Assembly (NCBI GenBank): GCA_034669905.1
Contig: JAXMOL010000019.1
Span: 71,158 to 135,157, forward strand
Direction of reading: 5' to 3'
DNA length: 64,000 nt
DNA from: Candidatus Hydrogenedentota bacterium
GTDB taxonomy: Bacteria; Hydrogenedentota; Hydrogenedentia; Hydrogenedentales; JAEUWI01
Shown here: positions 41,621-51,284 of the stretch, piece by piece
How positions within the stretch are numbered: position 1 is the stretch's first letter
How the letters are laid out: every line of letters begins with the position of its first letter
The notes under the pieces: generated by a model
What the model saw: only the letters and a program-made list of their open reading frames with translations
The model's database searches: none
What the model was told of the DNA's origin: nothing
Translations under genes and position numbers: made by a program

Positions 41621-42847
41621 ATGGAAGCAGTGATGCGGCGGGTGGAACTCCTCCTGGACCAGCAGCGTTTCTCTGAAGCGCGGGGAATGGTCATGCAGGG
41701 CCTCGCCCAGGCACCGGAAGATGCCGTGCTCAATGCCTTTTTGGGCTATTGCCTGCGCATGGAGAGCCGTGCGAAAGAAGCCCTCGCCCCTGCCCAGTTG
41801 GCCGTCAGCCGTGAACCGGAATGGCCCTTCGTGCACTACGTCATGGCACTCGTTTATGAAGGGCTGGATAAGCCGACCAAAGCACTGGAATCCCTCGATG
41901 TGGCCATTGCCCTCGATCCCCACGATGCCAACTACCACGGCCTGAAGTCCGCCATTCTGTTCCAACGCAAGAAATGGCATCTTGCGATTGAAGCGGCCGA
42001 GCAGGGACTTCAATCTGACCCCGAACACGGGCAGTGTCGCAGCATCCTCACAGCCGCGAAAAACCAGCTGGGGCAGCATGCGGAAGTGGCCCATCTCGTC
42101 GATGAAACCTTGCGCCTCGACCCGCAGGACGGTTTCGCCTTTGCCAACAAGGGCTGGAGCTATCTCCGCCAGGGTGAGCCCAAAGAAGCCATCCTCCACT
42201 TCAAAGAAGCACTACGTCTGGAGCCCGATCTCGAGTGGGCCCGACTCGGTGCGTTGGAAGCCCTGAAAGCCCGCAACGTGTTCTATCGTGGCTTACTGGC
42301 CTTTTTCTTCAAGATGGGGGCCCTGCCCTCCGGTGCCCAGTTTGGCATCATGATTGGCCTTTTCCTGCTCTACCGGTTTGCCCGCAGCGTGGGTGAAAGC
42401 AACCCCCAACTCCAACCCTTCATCACCCCCCTGCTCATCGGATATCTGGTCTTTGCCTATGCCACCTGGCTGGGCACGAGCCTGGCCAATTGCGCCCTGC
42501 TCTTTCACCCTTTCGGGCGGATGGCCATGACCAAGAAAGAGAAGCGGGATGCCTACGTGTTGGGTGCCACCGTGCTCGTGGGACTTACCTGTGTATTCAG
42601 TGGCCTCTACAGCGATCTGGGCGTTTTCCTGGCCCTGGGCGTGCTGCTGCTCTTGAGCACGCTTCCGCTGGTCGGAACCCAAAACGCCAATACCCAAAAG
42701 GGCTTTCGACTCGGCCTTGGCATGACGGCGGCCATCCTGATCTTCGGGTTGCTCGGCATCTTTGTGGTCCCCCATCTCTTCGGTGTGGCCATGATCTTGT
42801 GGCTTGCCTACGTGTGGGTCATCGGGCAGTACGTGACTCGAAACTAA
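41621..42847 (+). CDS. TPR-repeat membrane protein
   Basis: Multiple TPRs (ALRLDP, AIALDP) then about six TM helices. Confidence 0.85.
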   Translation: MEAVMRRVELLLDQQRFSEARGMVMQGLAQAPEDAVLNAFLGYCLRMESRAKEALAPAQLAVSREPEWPFVHYVMALVYEGLDKPTKALESLDVAIALDPHDANYHGLKSAILFQRKKWHLAIEAAEQGLQSDPEHGQCRSILTAAKNQLGQHAEVAHLVDETLRLDPQDGFAFANKGWSYLRQGEPKEAILHFKEALRLEPDLEWARLGALEALKARNVFYRGLLAFFFKMGALPSGAQFGIMIGLFLLYRFARSVGESNPQLQPFITPLLIGYLVFAYATWLGTSLANCALLFHPFGRMAMTKKEKRDAYVLGATVLVGLTCVFSGLYSDLGVFLALGVLLLLSTLPLVGTQNANTQKGFRLGLGMTAAILIFGLLGIFVVPHLFGVAMILWLAYVWVIGQYVTRN

Positions 42848-42969
42848 ATAAGCGAAGGTAGACCTCGATCAAATCCAACTCGTTCGTTACGACCGCATAC
42901 GCAAGCGACGGCAAAAGGCCAACGCACCGGCGGCTTGGCCACTATCGCCCAACGCAAACTTTAACAATT

Positions 42970-43084
42970 GGGAGCGCAGGCGGCCCGCCTGCCTCGGGCC
43001 GAAGGCACGTCGTTTTTACGTCTTCGACGTATTGCAGGCGAGTCTCGGAACGCAACCCACCCCCAGCCCCTCCGAGGAGGGGAG
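42970..43084. repeat. REP-like palindromic elements in the intergenic region
   Basis: GGGAGCGCAGGCGGCCCGCCTGC palindrome and ACCCACCCCCAGCCCCTCCGAGGAGGGGAG hairpin. Confidence 0.45.
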
Positions 43085-43145
43085 TTTATTCTCAAATTGG
43101 ACACGGATTCCCCCCACACGTAGTGACCCATCTCGGAAGATGCAC

Positions 43146-44045
43146 TTAGGAGCGGGTGGCCTTAAGATAGCGGTCAAAGAAGGCCACGATGCGGATTAGC
43201 ATCTCGGGCTCGCGGGCAATGCCCATGCCATGCTTCCCCCCTTCCACGAATATCGCCTCGTGCGGTGCGCCCGACGCTGCCAAGGCCGCAATCATGACGT
43301 CCGCCTGCGTCGTGCGGTCCACCCGCTTGTCGGCCGTTCCCTGCAGAATCAGCATAGGCGGCAGTCCTTTCCGCACATAGCTCAGGGGCGATCCCCTTCG
43401 CGCGGCATCGGCCTTCTCTTTCAGGCTGCCGCCGAGAAAACGCACGACGATAGGATCATCTTCTGCGGCCAAGGCCAGGGATAAGGGCCTCTGAAGGTCG
43501 AAGGGTGCCGCTACCGGTACCGCCGCCTGCACCGCACTGGAATATTCCTGCCACGGGCCATCGCCCTCCAGTCCCGCCTCAGGCCCGGCTACCGCAAGCA
43601 TGGCCGAGAGGTGACCGCCAGCAGAAGCGCCAATGGCCCCTATGTGATCGGGGTCCACACCGTAGCGGTCCGCATGGGCACGTAACCACCGGACCGCCAG
43701 CTTACAATCTTCCACGGCCGCCGGAAACTTCACGTCGTCGGAGAGGCGGTATTCGATGGAGAGGGTCACATAGCCGGCCTCCGCGAAGTGCTGCATCACT
43801 GCGAAGGTACGTTCGCCGCCTTTCCCTCCGGTGTACCACCCACCACCGTGGATGTGAATGATGGCGGGTCGGGGTGCGCCCCCATCTTTTCGGTAGAGGA
43901 TGTCCAGTCGTTGCCGCTCTGACGCCGTACCGTAGGGCACGTCCACCTCAAACACCAGGCCTTCGGGAACCGTGATGTCTGCCACACCGGCCAAGGAAGC
44001 CAATAGGGCTACCAGAAAAACTCCCATCGTCGTCCTTTTTCGCAC
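43146..44045 (-). CDS. Secreted alpha/beta hydrolase (esterase/lipase)
   Basis: Signal peptide, HGGGW, YRLS, GASAGGHL, QGTAD, GGKHG. Confidence 0.9.
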   Translation of the reverse strand: MRKRTTMGVFLVALLASLAGVADITVPEGLVFEVDVPYGTASERQRLDILYRKDGGAPRPAIIHIHGGGWYTGGKGGERTFAVMQHFAEAGYVTLSIEYRLSDDVKFPAAVEDCKLAVRWLRAHADRYGVDPDHIGAIGASAGGHLSAMLAVAGPEAGLEGDGPWQEYSSAVQAAVPVAAPFDLQRPLSLALAAEDDPIVVRFLGGSLKEKADAARRGSPLSYVRKGLPPMLILQGTADKRVDRTTQADVMIAALAASGAPHEAIFVEGGKHGMGIAREPEMLIRIVAFFDRYLKATRS

Positions 44046-44186
44046 ACCATGCTCCTTCGTTTCCCGTGAGTGGTTTATTTAGATTACCCGGAGACGACGC
44101 GTGCCGCAACTTGTATCTGAATGCTGTTTGCAAAAGGTGCCATACCCTCCTACAATCAAACCAACGTCGGCCCAAAGGAACCCCTT

Positions 44187-45221
44187 ATGAATACCGTTCC
44201 CATCCCCCCTACCGTGACGCTGCTCGGCAGCCTCCTGTTGATGACGGCATTCGCTGCCCTCCTTCCACAACAAGCCCACGCAGCGCCGTACCCCAAAATC
44301 AATCTCGCGGCCGGGTATGAAGTCGAGCCCGGCTGGGCGAAGAAGCCCATCGAGATAGCATGGGACCAGATCGCTGGCGTGACCGTGGACAAGCAGGGAA
44401 GGGTCTGGCTCTTCAACCGCGCGGATCCGCCGGTGCAGGTCTACAGCGCGGCGGGAGATTTTCTCTTTTCGTGGGGCGATGGCCTGTTCAAGGGCCCCCA
44501 CTATCTCCGCATCGACCATGAAGGCCATGTATGGACCACCGACTTTCGACGCCACCTGGTGCGCAAATTCACCGAGGATGGGAAACTGCTGCTTACCCTG
44601 GGAACGCCCGACGAAAAGGGCGATGACGAAACCCATCTCAGTGGCCCGACCGACGTGGCGGTATCCCCAGCGGGCGACATTTTCGTCAGCGACGGCTACG
44701 GCAACAACCGCGTGGTCCACTATGACAAAGAGGGCAACTTCGTAAAAAGCTTTGGGGAGTTGGGGGTGGAGTTGGGCCAATTGAGCCAACCCCACAGCAT
44801 CGCCATGGATTCTCAGGGCCGTCTCTATGTGTGCGAACGAAACAACGGTCGCATCCAGATTTTCGACCAGTCGGGCAAGACCCTGGGCGCCTGGAAAAAC
44901 CTCATCAACCCCTGGGGCATCCACATCACGCCGTCCGACGACATCTTCGTGTGTGGCTCCACCCCCGCGCGGTGGACGGAGCGCGGCAATCTGGGCAATC
45001 CCCCCCACGACCAGATTCTCATGCGCTTTGACACGACGGGGCGCGCCCTGGAACTCTGGGGATTCCCCCTCGCCAAAGACGGCGAGCTGGAGCCGGGGCA
45101 CCTGGACTGGATGCACGGCATGGGCATGGATGAAGCCGGCAACCTCTACATCGGGGACGTGGATGAAACCAGCCCGGTCCATCGACTGCAGAAGTTCAAG
45201 CGTCTGCCTGCAGAGCGGTAA
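44187..45221 (+). CDS. Secreted NHL-repeat beta-propeller (PAL-like family)
   Basis: Signal peptide; PTDVAV, SDGYGNNRVV, PHSIAMD, ERNNGRIQIFD. Confidence 0.85.
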   Translation: MNTVPIPPTVTLLGSLLLMTAFAALLPQQAHAAPYPKINLAAGYEVEPGWAKKPIEIAWDQIAGVTVDKQGRVWLFNRADPPVQVYSAAGDFLFSWGDGLFKGPHYLRIDHEGHVWTTDFRRHLVRKFTEDGKLLLTLGTPDEKGDDETHLSGPTDVAVSPAGDIFVSDGYGNNRVVHYDKEGNFVKSFGELGVELGQLSQPHSIAMDSQGRLYVCERNNGRIQIFDQSGKTLGAWKNLINPWGIHITPSDDIFVCGSTPARWTERGNLGNPPHDQILMRFDTTGRALELWGFPLAKDGELEPGHLDWMHGMGMDEAGNLYIGDVDETSPVHRLQKFKRLPAER

Positions 45222-45231
45222 GCCCGCAATA

Positions 45232-47454
45232 CTATTCGGTCATGAAACGAAAGATCGTATCCCCAAAGGAACGTGTATTGTATCCGTCGATCATACGGAT
45301 ACCGTTGCCTTCGAGTTGACTGGTGTCGTTCCGATAAACCGTCAGGGCATACCAATTGTATGCGCCCTTTTCATAGTCGAAGGTCGTACCGTCGTCGTCA
45401 TAGAGCATCATGGTGCCCGGCGCATCGCCATAATGGCGGACTTCAAGAGGATACCCCTCGCCAAGGGCCTTGCTATTGGCCGCGACAGGCGCCAGTGGGA
45501 TAATGCCCCCGTTTCGCACATAAAGGGGCAGCACATCCAGTGCGGCCTCGACTTCGATAACTTCCCCGCCACCCACGTAGTCGCCCGTGTAAAAGTCGTA
45601 CCATTTTCCCCGCGGCAAGACGACCGAGCGCTTCGTCTCCTTGGCGAATAAGGGTGCCACCAGGATGGAGTCGCCCATGAGGTACTGGTCGGTCACCCCT
45701 TTTCGGACCGCCTCGGCGTAGGGATTGCTCACATCATCGAGGGTGCCCGCCTCGGTCCGTTCCCCTTCCAGGAAGCCCTCCACGAGGGCCATCGGTCGGA
45801 AGGGCGGTGTGCCGTCGAAGTGGTAGCGGGCGAAAGCGCTGTAGAGGTAGGGCACCAGGCGCATCCGCAACTGCATGACCTCACGAATGGCGTCTTCCAC
45901 CTCGGGCCGGGACCACGGCTTGGTCCCCGAGGCCCAGGCATTCAGCATGGCCAGGGGCGAGAAGCACACGGTCTGCATGCGGCGCACCCACTCTTCGTCG
46001 CTGGAGGCCGACCGTATCTCCGGCGTCCATAGCAAGCCCGAAAATCCGCTGTTGCAGAGGGCCGTCACGTAGCCCCGGTGGTCGTAGTAATCACTGTAGA
46101 CGACAAAGGGATAGCCCGTCCCCCCCGCGTTGGTTCCCCGGACAAGTCCATAGGTCCGCTGATTCCGTTCCCGATACAAGGCGGTCATCATCTTCTGCAG
46201 GTTCAGCCCATAGATTTGCCGCATCTGTTCGCCATCCAGCCCCGACGGAAACACTGCGTGGTCGGGCCAGAGCCAGGCATCAATACCATCGACCTCATCG
46301 ATCTTGTAGCCGCTGACGCCCACGTCCAGGTGCCGCGTTTTGTGGTGGTCGGAATAGATATGCCGGGCCGCGTCTATCGTGTAGTCCGGCACGACACCAA
46401 GCCAGACCGTATGGGAGCCGGTGTAAGGCAGGAGCCCCTCATAGAGCGATGACTCGGGCGACACATAGGGGTTCTCCCAGAGATTTACGTGTACGCCACG
46501 CTCTGCCATACCGGCGATGAAGGCCGCCGGCTCCGGAAAGTGCTCGCTATTCCAGTCGAGGGTCCCGGGATAAGACTTACTTTGCCACCCCGGCTCCAAG
46601 CCCACCACTTCAATGGGAAAGTCGCGGCTGAAGAAGGACTCAATTTCCGACGCGACCTCCGTATCGGACGCATTCAGGGGCACACGGTGCCAGAAGCCCA
46701 GGCCCCAGCGGGGTGGCAAGGCGCCCCCACCGGAATAGAGGTTGTAGCGGCGCACGGCGTCGAGGGGTGTGGGGCCTGCGAACACATAGACCTCCATCCC
46801 CGGTGCCTGAACCGAAGCTTCGACTGCATCAGAGGTGGGACGGGCCTGCCAGTCGGAATCCGTATTTCGGTTTCGAATGGGCGGCAGGTTGGGGCTGTCT
46901 TTTCGATTGCCGATTCCCGCATGCACAGAAATATGGCGGGCCGTGTTAAAGAGCACCCCGTAGCCCGCACTGGACACATAGAAGGGCACGGGGGCGTGGG
47001 TCATACCGGTGGTGCCGCCATAGTGGTCCATTTTCAGATGGATGACGTCACTGCGATGATTCATCCCCTTGAACTGGAGGCCAAAACCGTAGAGTTTCTC
47101 TGCCTCACCGAGGGGCAAACGCGCGGATGTACGGTTCTTGTAGACCTGCCCCCGTATCCCCGCCTGGGGCAGCGGAAACGATACCTCCCCCAGCTTTTCC
47201 AAGGCCGACATCGCGGGTGGTGCGGCGACGTAGTCCAACAAGCGGGGCGTATCGGTGGCCCCTATCTGAGCCGACCACACGCCCGGTGCCCGTTGTTGCC
47301 ATGTGAGTACCGTGAGATCCTCCAAAGCGACCTGGCCATGGACGGTCGACATACAGAGCGCGGCAAAGAGGCCCGCGGCAAGGTAGAAGCGGGAAATGGA
47401 CAAAACGTGACGGGGTTGGGGCATTTGCAATTCTCCTGAGCTCGGACGGGACAT
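45232..47454 (-). CDS. Glycoside hydrolase family 31
   Basis: PVPFYVSSAGYG, PRWGLGFW, GYKIDEVD, QYLMGDSILVAP. Confidence 0.9.
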   Translation of the reverse strand: MSRPSSGELQMPQPRHVLSISRFYLAAGLFAALCMSTVHGQVALEDLTVLTWQQRAPGVWSAQIGATDTPRLLDYVAAPPAMSALEKLGEVSFPLPQAGIRGQVYKNRTSARLPLGEAEKLYGFGLQFKGMNHRSDVIHLKMDHYGGTTGMTHAPVPFYVSSAGYGVLFNTARHISVHAGIGNRKDSPNLPPIRNRNTDSDWQARPTSDAVEASVQAPGMEVYVFAGPTPLDAVRRYNLYSGGGALPPRWGLGFWHRVPLNASDTEVASEIESFFSRDFPIEVVGLEPGWQSKSYPGTLDWNSEHFPEPAAFIAGMAERGVHVNLWENPYVSPESSLYEGLLPYTGSHTVWLGVVPDYTIDAARHIYSDHHKTRHLDVGVSGYKIDEVDGIDAWLWPDHAVFPSGLDGEQMRQIYGLNLQKMMTALYRERNQRTYGLVRGTNAGGTGYPFVVYSDYYDHRGYVTALCNSGFSGLLWTPEIRSASSDEEWVRRMQTVCFSPLAMLNAWASGTKPWSRPEVEDAIREVMQLRMRLVPYLYSAFARYHFDGTPPFRPMALVEGFLEGERTEAGTLDDVSNPYAEAVRKGVTDQYLMGDSILVAPLFAKETKRSVVLPRGKWYDFYTGDYVGGGEVIEVEAALDVLPLYVRNGGIIPLAPVAANSKALGEGYPLEVRHYGDAPGTMMLYDDDGTTFDYEKGAYNWYALTVYRNDTSQLEGNGIRMIDGYNTRSFGDTIFRFMTE

Positions 47455-47510
47455 CCCCCATCTCGGCGCTCAGGATAACCGAATGAGCACGTAGTGCCCA
47501 AGTACGGCCC

Positions 47511-49115
47511 CTATTCCTGGAAGGGCAACTTGGCCAGGGTAATATCCAGGTTCTTTTCCATGAAATAGTTCATTACCCAGGTGCTTTCAAAAAGCAACAC
47601 GGGACGCTCGTGGCCGTCGTAGGCAAGACGAACCCCGGGAGGCAAGGGCTTACCCACGATCTCTACACTTGGTGCGACCCATCGGGTTTCGGTCCAGGGC
47701 GCATGCTGGAGGCGGGTCTCCGCACCATACTCACTCTCGAGACGGTACTGGACGATTTCGAACTGGAGCGGACCGGCCGCACCAAGCAGGGGCACGTTAC
47801 GCACGGCATCGGGCAAACGGTATTGCTGCATGACACCTTCCTGCAACAACTGCTCGAGCCCGGTGCGAAAGCGCTTTGACTGCACGGGGTGTACATTTTC
47901 GATATAGGTAAAGCACTCCGGCGCGAAGAAGGGAATCTCGTCGAAGTCCACACCGTTGGCTTCGGTCAGCGTATCCCCGATAGCGAAGAGGTTATTGCCC
48001 ACGATACCCACCACGTCACCCGCGTAGGCCTCGTCCACCGTCTCGCGGTCGGAACCAAAAATTTTACTCGCATTTCCCAGGCGCACCTTGCGCCCGGTGC
48101 GTGCGTGGATCACGTTCATGTTGCGCTCAAACTTGCCGGACACAATGCGGATGAAGGCGATGCGATCCCGGTGTTTGGGGTCCATGTTGGCCTGGATCTT
48201 AAACACGAATCCGGAGAAGGCGTTGCTGGCGGGAGTCACCTCATTTCCCGTCGTCGTTTTGCGGGGTCCCGGCGGCGCGGAGTATTTGAGGAAGCCGTCC
48301 AGCAAGAGCTGAACCCCAAAATTATTCAAGGCACTGCCAAAGTAGACCGGCGTGGTCTTGGCAGCGAGCACATCGGCCGGGTCAAACTCCGTACCGGCCC
48401 CTTCGAGCATCTCTACTTCGTCACACACGTTGGCATAAAGGGTAGGATCCAACTGCTCCCGGATAAAGTCATCGTCGAGTCCGCCCGTCTTCACGGGCGC
48501 CCGGTGGGCACCGCCGGTGGTGCGTTCGAAGATATGCGCCATTTTAGTCTGGCGATCCCACACGCCACGAAAATCGGGACCATTGCCCAGGGGCCAGTTC
48601 ACGGCGTAGGGCGCAATACCCAGTTGTTGTTCCAATTCGTCCAGGAGCTCAAAGGGGTCACGGGTCGGCCGGTCCACTTTGTTGATGAAGGTAAAAATGG
48701 GCACACCCCGGTGACGGCACACTTCAAAGAGTTTCAGCGTCTGGGCTTCGATACCCTTACCGGCATCAATCACCATAATGGCCGCATCCACCGCCGTCAG
48801 CACGCGGTAGGTGTCTTCCGAGAAATCCTGGTGACCGGGTGTATCCAACAAGTTGACGCGATAGCCCTCGTAATCAAATTGGAGCACGGTGGAGCTGATG
48901 GAAATACCACGCTTCTGTTCCAGCTCCAGCCAATCAGACGTGGAGGCCCGCTGATTCCGTCGGGCCGTCACGGAACCCGCGAGGTGCACCGCACCACCAT
49001 AGAGCAAAAACTTCTCCGTGATCGTCGTCTTGCCCGCATCGGGGTGGGAAACGATGGCGAAGGTCCGTCGCCGGGTAACTTCATTTTTCAGGGTACTCGA
49101 TGTGGCCGTTTGCAT
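47511..49115 (-). CDS. prfC: Peptide chain release factor 3
   Basis: RRRTFAIVSHPDAGKTT, DTPGHQDFSEDTYR, FKIQANMDPKHRDR. Confidence 0.97.
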   Translation of the reverse strand: MQTATSSTLKNEVTRRRTFAIVSHPDAGKTTITEKFLLYGGAVHLAGSVTARRNQRASTSDWLELEQKRGISISSTVLQFDYEGYRVNLLDTPGHQDFSEDTYRVLTAVDAAIMVIDAGKGIEAQTLKLFEVCRHRGVPIFTFINKVDRPTRDPFELLDELEQQLGIAPYAVNWPLGNGPDFRGVWDRQTKMAHIFERTTGGAHRAPVKTGGLDDDFIREQLDPTLYANVCDEVEMLEGAGTEFDPADVLAAKTTPVYFGSALNNFGVQLLLDGFLKYSAPPGPRKTTTGNEVTPASNAFSGFVFKIQANMDPKHRDRIAFIRIVSGKFERNMNVIHARTGRKVRLGNASKIFGSDRETVDEAYAGDVVGIVGNNLFAIGDTLTEANGVDFDEIPFFAPECFTYIENVHPVQSKRFRTGLEQLLQEGVMQQYRLPDAVRNVPLLGAAGPLQFEIVQYRLESEYGAETRLQHAPWTETRWVAPSVEIVGKPLPPGVRLAYDGHERPVLLFESTWVMNYFMEKNLDITLAKLPFQE

Positions 49116-49441
49116 GGGGGCTCCGAAAATCACGGGATTGATCTGATAAATACGGACAGTAAGACCGTCCAACTGGGCGTTCGATGTGCACGGATGGAGC
49201 TGCACAGTCCCCGGCACACCACGGACACAGCCGGGGCGGTAGAAGGGGTGTGGAGGGGCATCGCGCAGTCGGAAGTGTACGTTGCGCACCGGAAAAAATG
49301 CAAGTTCCGGGAGACATCACCCCCCTGTATCACCGGGCCGCCCGCTCGGAAATGTATTGCAATCGAGGCGATGGGTTCTATACTATCCCGGGAGTATGTG
49401 ATGCAGGGCGCATCACCTCACTATTCGGGCAACGACTTCTC

Positions 49442-49891
49442 GTGAACTTCCTGAGCACTCCCCAAGAACGCGACCGTGCGACATCACTCCGGACCTCCCG
49501 GTGGTGTACGTCTGTGGCGTTGGGGCTGGTGCTCTTCTACATCCTCGCTTCCGTCCGAGCCCTCATCCCGGGATTGTGCGCCACCCAGCTGGCTATGGAC
49601 AACCAGTGTCCCATCGAGCGGGGTGCCCCCCAGCTCATTGGCAACACCATCAGTTGCTGTACGAGTCCTGCGGCCCGGACAATGCCGGAAGACGGTGAGA
49701 AACGCCCCATTACGCCGGCGGAATCCCACTGCGCCTTTTGTAATCTGATTATTGGACTGACGGATCCGCCGGAACCGCTCATCCTTCCTGTTCCCGCTTC
49801 GCCCCAGTACGCGGAGCGCATCCCCCTCACGGTCCAGCGCGCCCAGGAAATCCCCTGGGGCGTGGCACCCAATCGTGGGCCACCCGCCTGA
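49442..49891 (+). CDS. DUF2946/CruR-like leader protein with CxxC and C-terminal RGPP motif (start uncertain)
   Basis: Hydrophobic N-terminal segment, HCAFC, Pro-rich linker, ends APNRGPPA. Confidence 0.75.
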   Translation: MNFLSTPQERDRATSLRTSRWCTSVALGLVLFYILASVRALIPGLCATQLAMDNQCPIERGAPQLIGNTISCCTSPAARTMPEDGEKRPITPAESHCAFCNLIIGLTDPPEPLILPVPASPQYAERIPLTVQRAQEIPWGVAPNRGPPA

Positions 49892-50036
49892 TACTCCCCT
49901 ATCCGAATCTGTTTATCGACTGCCCGAAGTGTATCTGGACGTAATTCCGTTATCGCTGTGTTGGCGCACGTCTCAACACAGATGCACTTTCCTCGGAGAA
50001 TGCGGACCCCTGTCCGCACCACAAGGAGTATCACCT

Positions 50037-50981
50037 ATGACCCGCAAGGGCTTTACCTTAATCGAATTACTGGTTGTCATCGCCATCATCGGCATCCTCG
50101 CTGCCATCCTGCTGCCGGCCCTGGCCCGCGCCCGGGAAGCCGCACGGCGCGCCAGTTGCCAGAATAATCTCAAACAATTGGGCCTCATGCTCAAAATGTA
50201 CGCCAATGAAAGTCCGGGCGAGCTCTATCCCCGTATGGGTGTACAGGATTGCAACGACGACCTGCTGATGTGGAACGCCATGTTTGACGCCCGTCAGGTC
50301 TACCCCGAATATCTCAACGACTGGGACACCCTGGTCTGCCCGAGCAACGCCGCCGCCAGCACGGCCCTGGCGCTCTGGGACGAAGGCAATACCAACCACA
50401 TGATTCACGTGGACTCTCCCCTGTCGAACAATGGCGTGGTGGATCCCTGTGAAGTAGTGACCCATCCCTATTACTACAACGGCTTCGCCATGAGTCAGAC
50501 CATGTTTACCTCCGACGACCTGGAGCACAACATGTCCCACTTCGCCGAAGCCGTGGGCATCTTTGGCGATGAACTGATGGCCGCCTTTATGGCCGATGGT
50601 TTTGAGGGTGCCGAGAACTATGTGGATCAGGACTGGGAGTTCTTTTTCCACGGACACTATGGGGCTATCGGCTCCCAGACTTCCGCCCCCCGCCTTCGGG
50701 AAGGGATTGAACGCTTTTTTATCACGGATATCAACAACGCGGCGGGCACGGCCCAGGCCCAGTCGGATATCGTGCTTATGAGCGACACGGTGGCCCCCCA
50801 CCCCAAGCACCTGAACCACGTACCTGGTGGGGCCAACGTCCTCTTTATGGATGGGCACGTGACCTTCATCAAGTGGGCCGGCGGCACCGGGCTGACCAAC
50901 CCCTTCCCCATGAATGAGGCGGGCTTTAACCTCCACCTCGGCACCATGGGCATGATGGGCAGCGGCATGGGCCACCCATAA
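50037..50981 (+). CDS. Prepilin-type N-terminal cleavage/methylation protein (DUF1559, H-X9-DG type)
   Basis: [59 protein letters not shown]. Confidence 0.93.
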   Translation: MTRKGFTLIELLVVIAIIGILAAILLPALARAREAARRASCQNNLKQLGLMLKMYANESPGELYPRMGVQDCNDDLLMWNAMFDARQVYPEYLNDWDTLVCPSNAAASTALALWDEGNTNHMIHVDSPLSNNGVVDPCEVVTHPYYYNGFAMSQTMFTSDDLEHNMSHFAEAVGIFGDELMAAFMADGFEGAENYVDQDWEFFFHGHYGAIGSQTSAPRLREGIERFFITDINNAAGTAQAQSDIVLMSDTVAPHPKHLNHVPGGANVLFMDGHVTFIKWAGGTGLTNPFPMNEAGFNLHLGTMGMMGSGMGHP

Positions 50982-51003
50982 CTACTTGCCACAATCACAC
51001 AAC

Positions 51004-51033
51004 ACGGGCCGCCATCAGGCGGCCCGTTTTTTT
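51004..51033 (+). terminator. Intrinsic terminator
   Basis: ACGGGCCGCC-ATCA-GGCGGCCCGT followed by a T tract. Confidence 0.85.
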
Positions 51034-51284
51034 GGGGGGCATTTCGGAGAAATTTGATGAGAAAGGACGACTCCTTGGAGTGCGGCAGCTTGCTGCTGCA
51101 TTTCCAAGGGGAGCTTACGCACGCCACAGGGACCGCCAATCTGGTTTGGACGAGGAGTGGAATGTATTTACGTTGTTCAAATTGATAGTTCCTCGACGTG
51201 CCACTAGATATCCCTTTTGAACACCCGCTACTATGAAGGCCCAATACCAATTACTCCATAGCACCCGCTCAAGGAAATACCATC

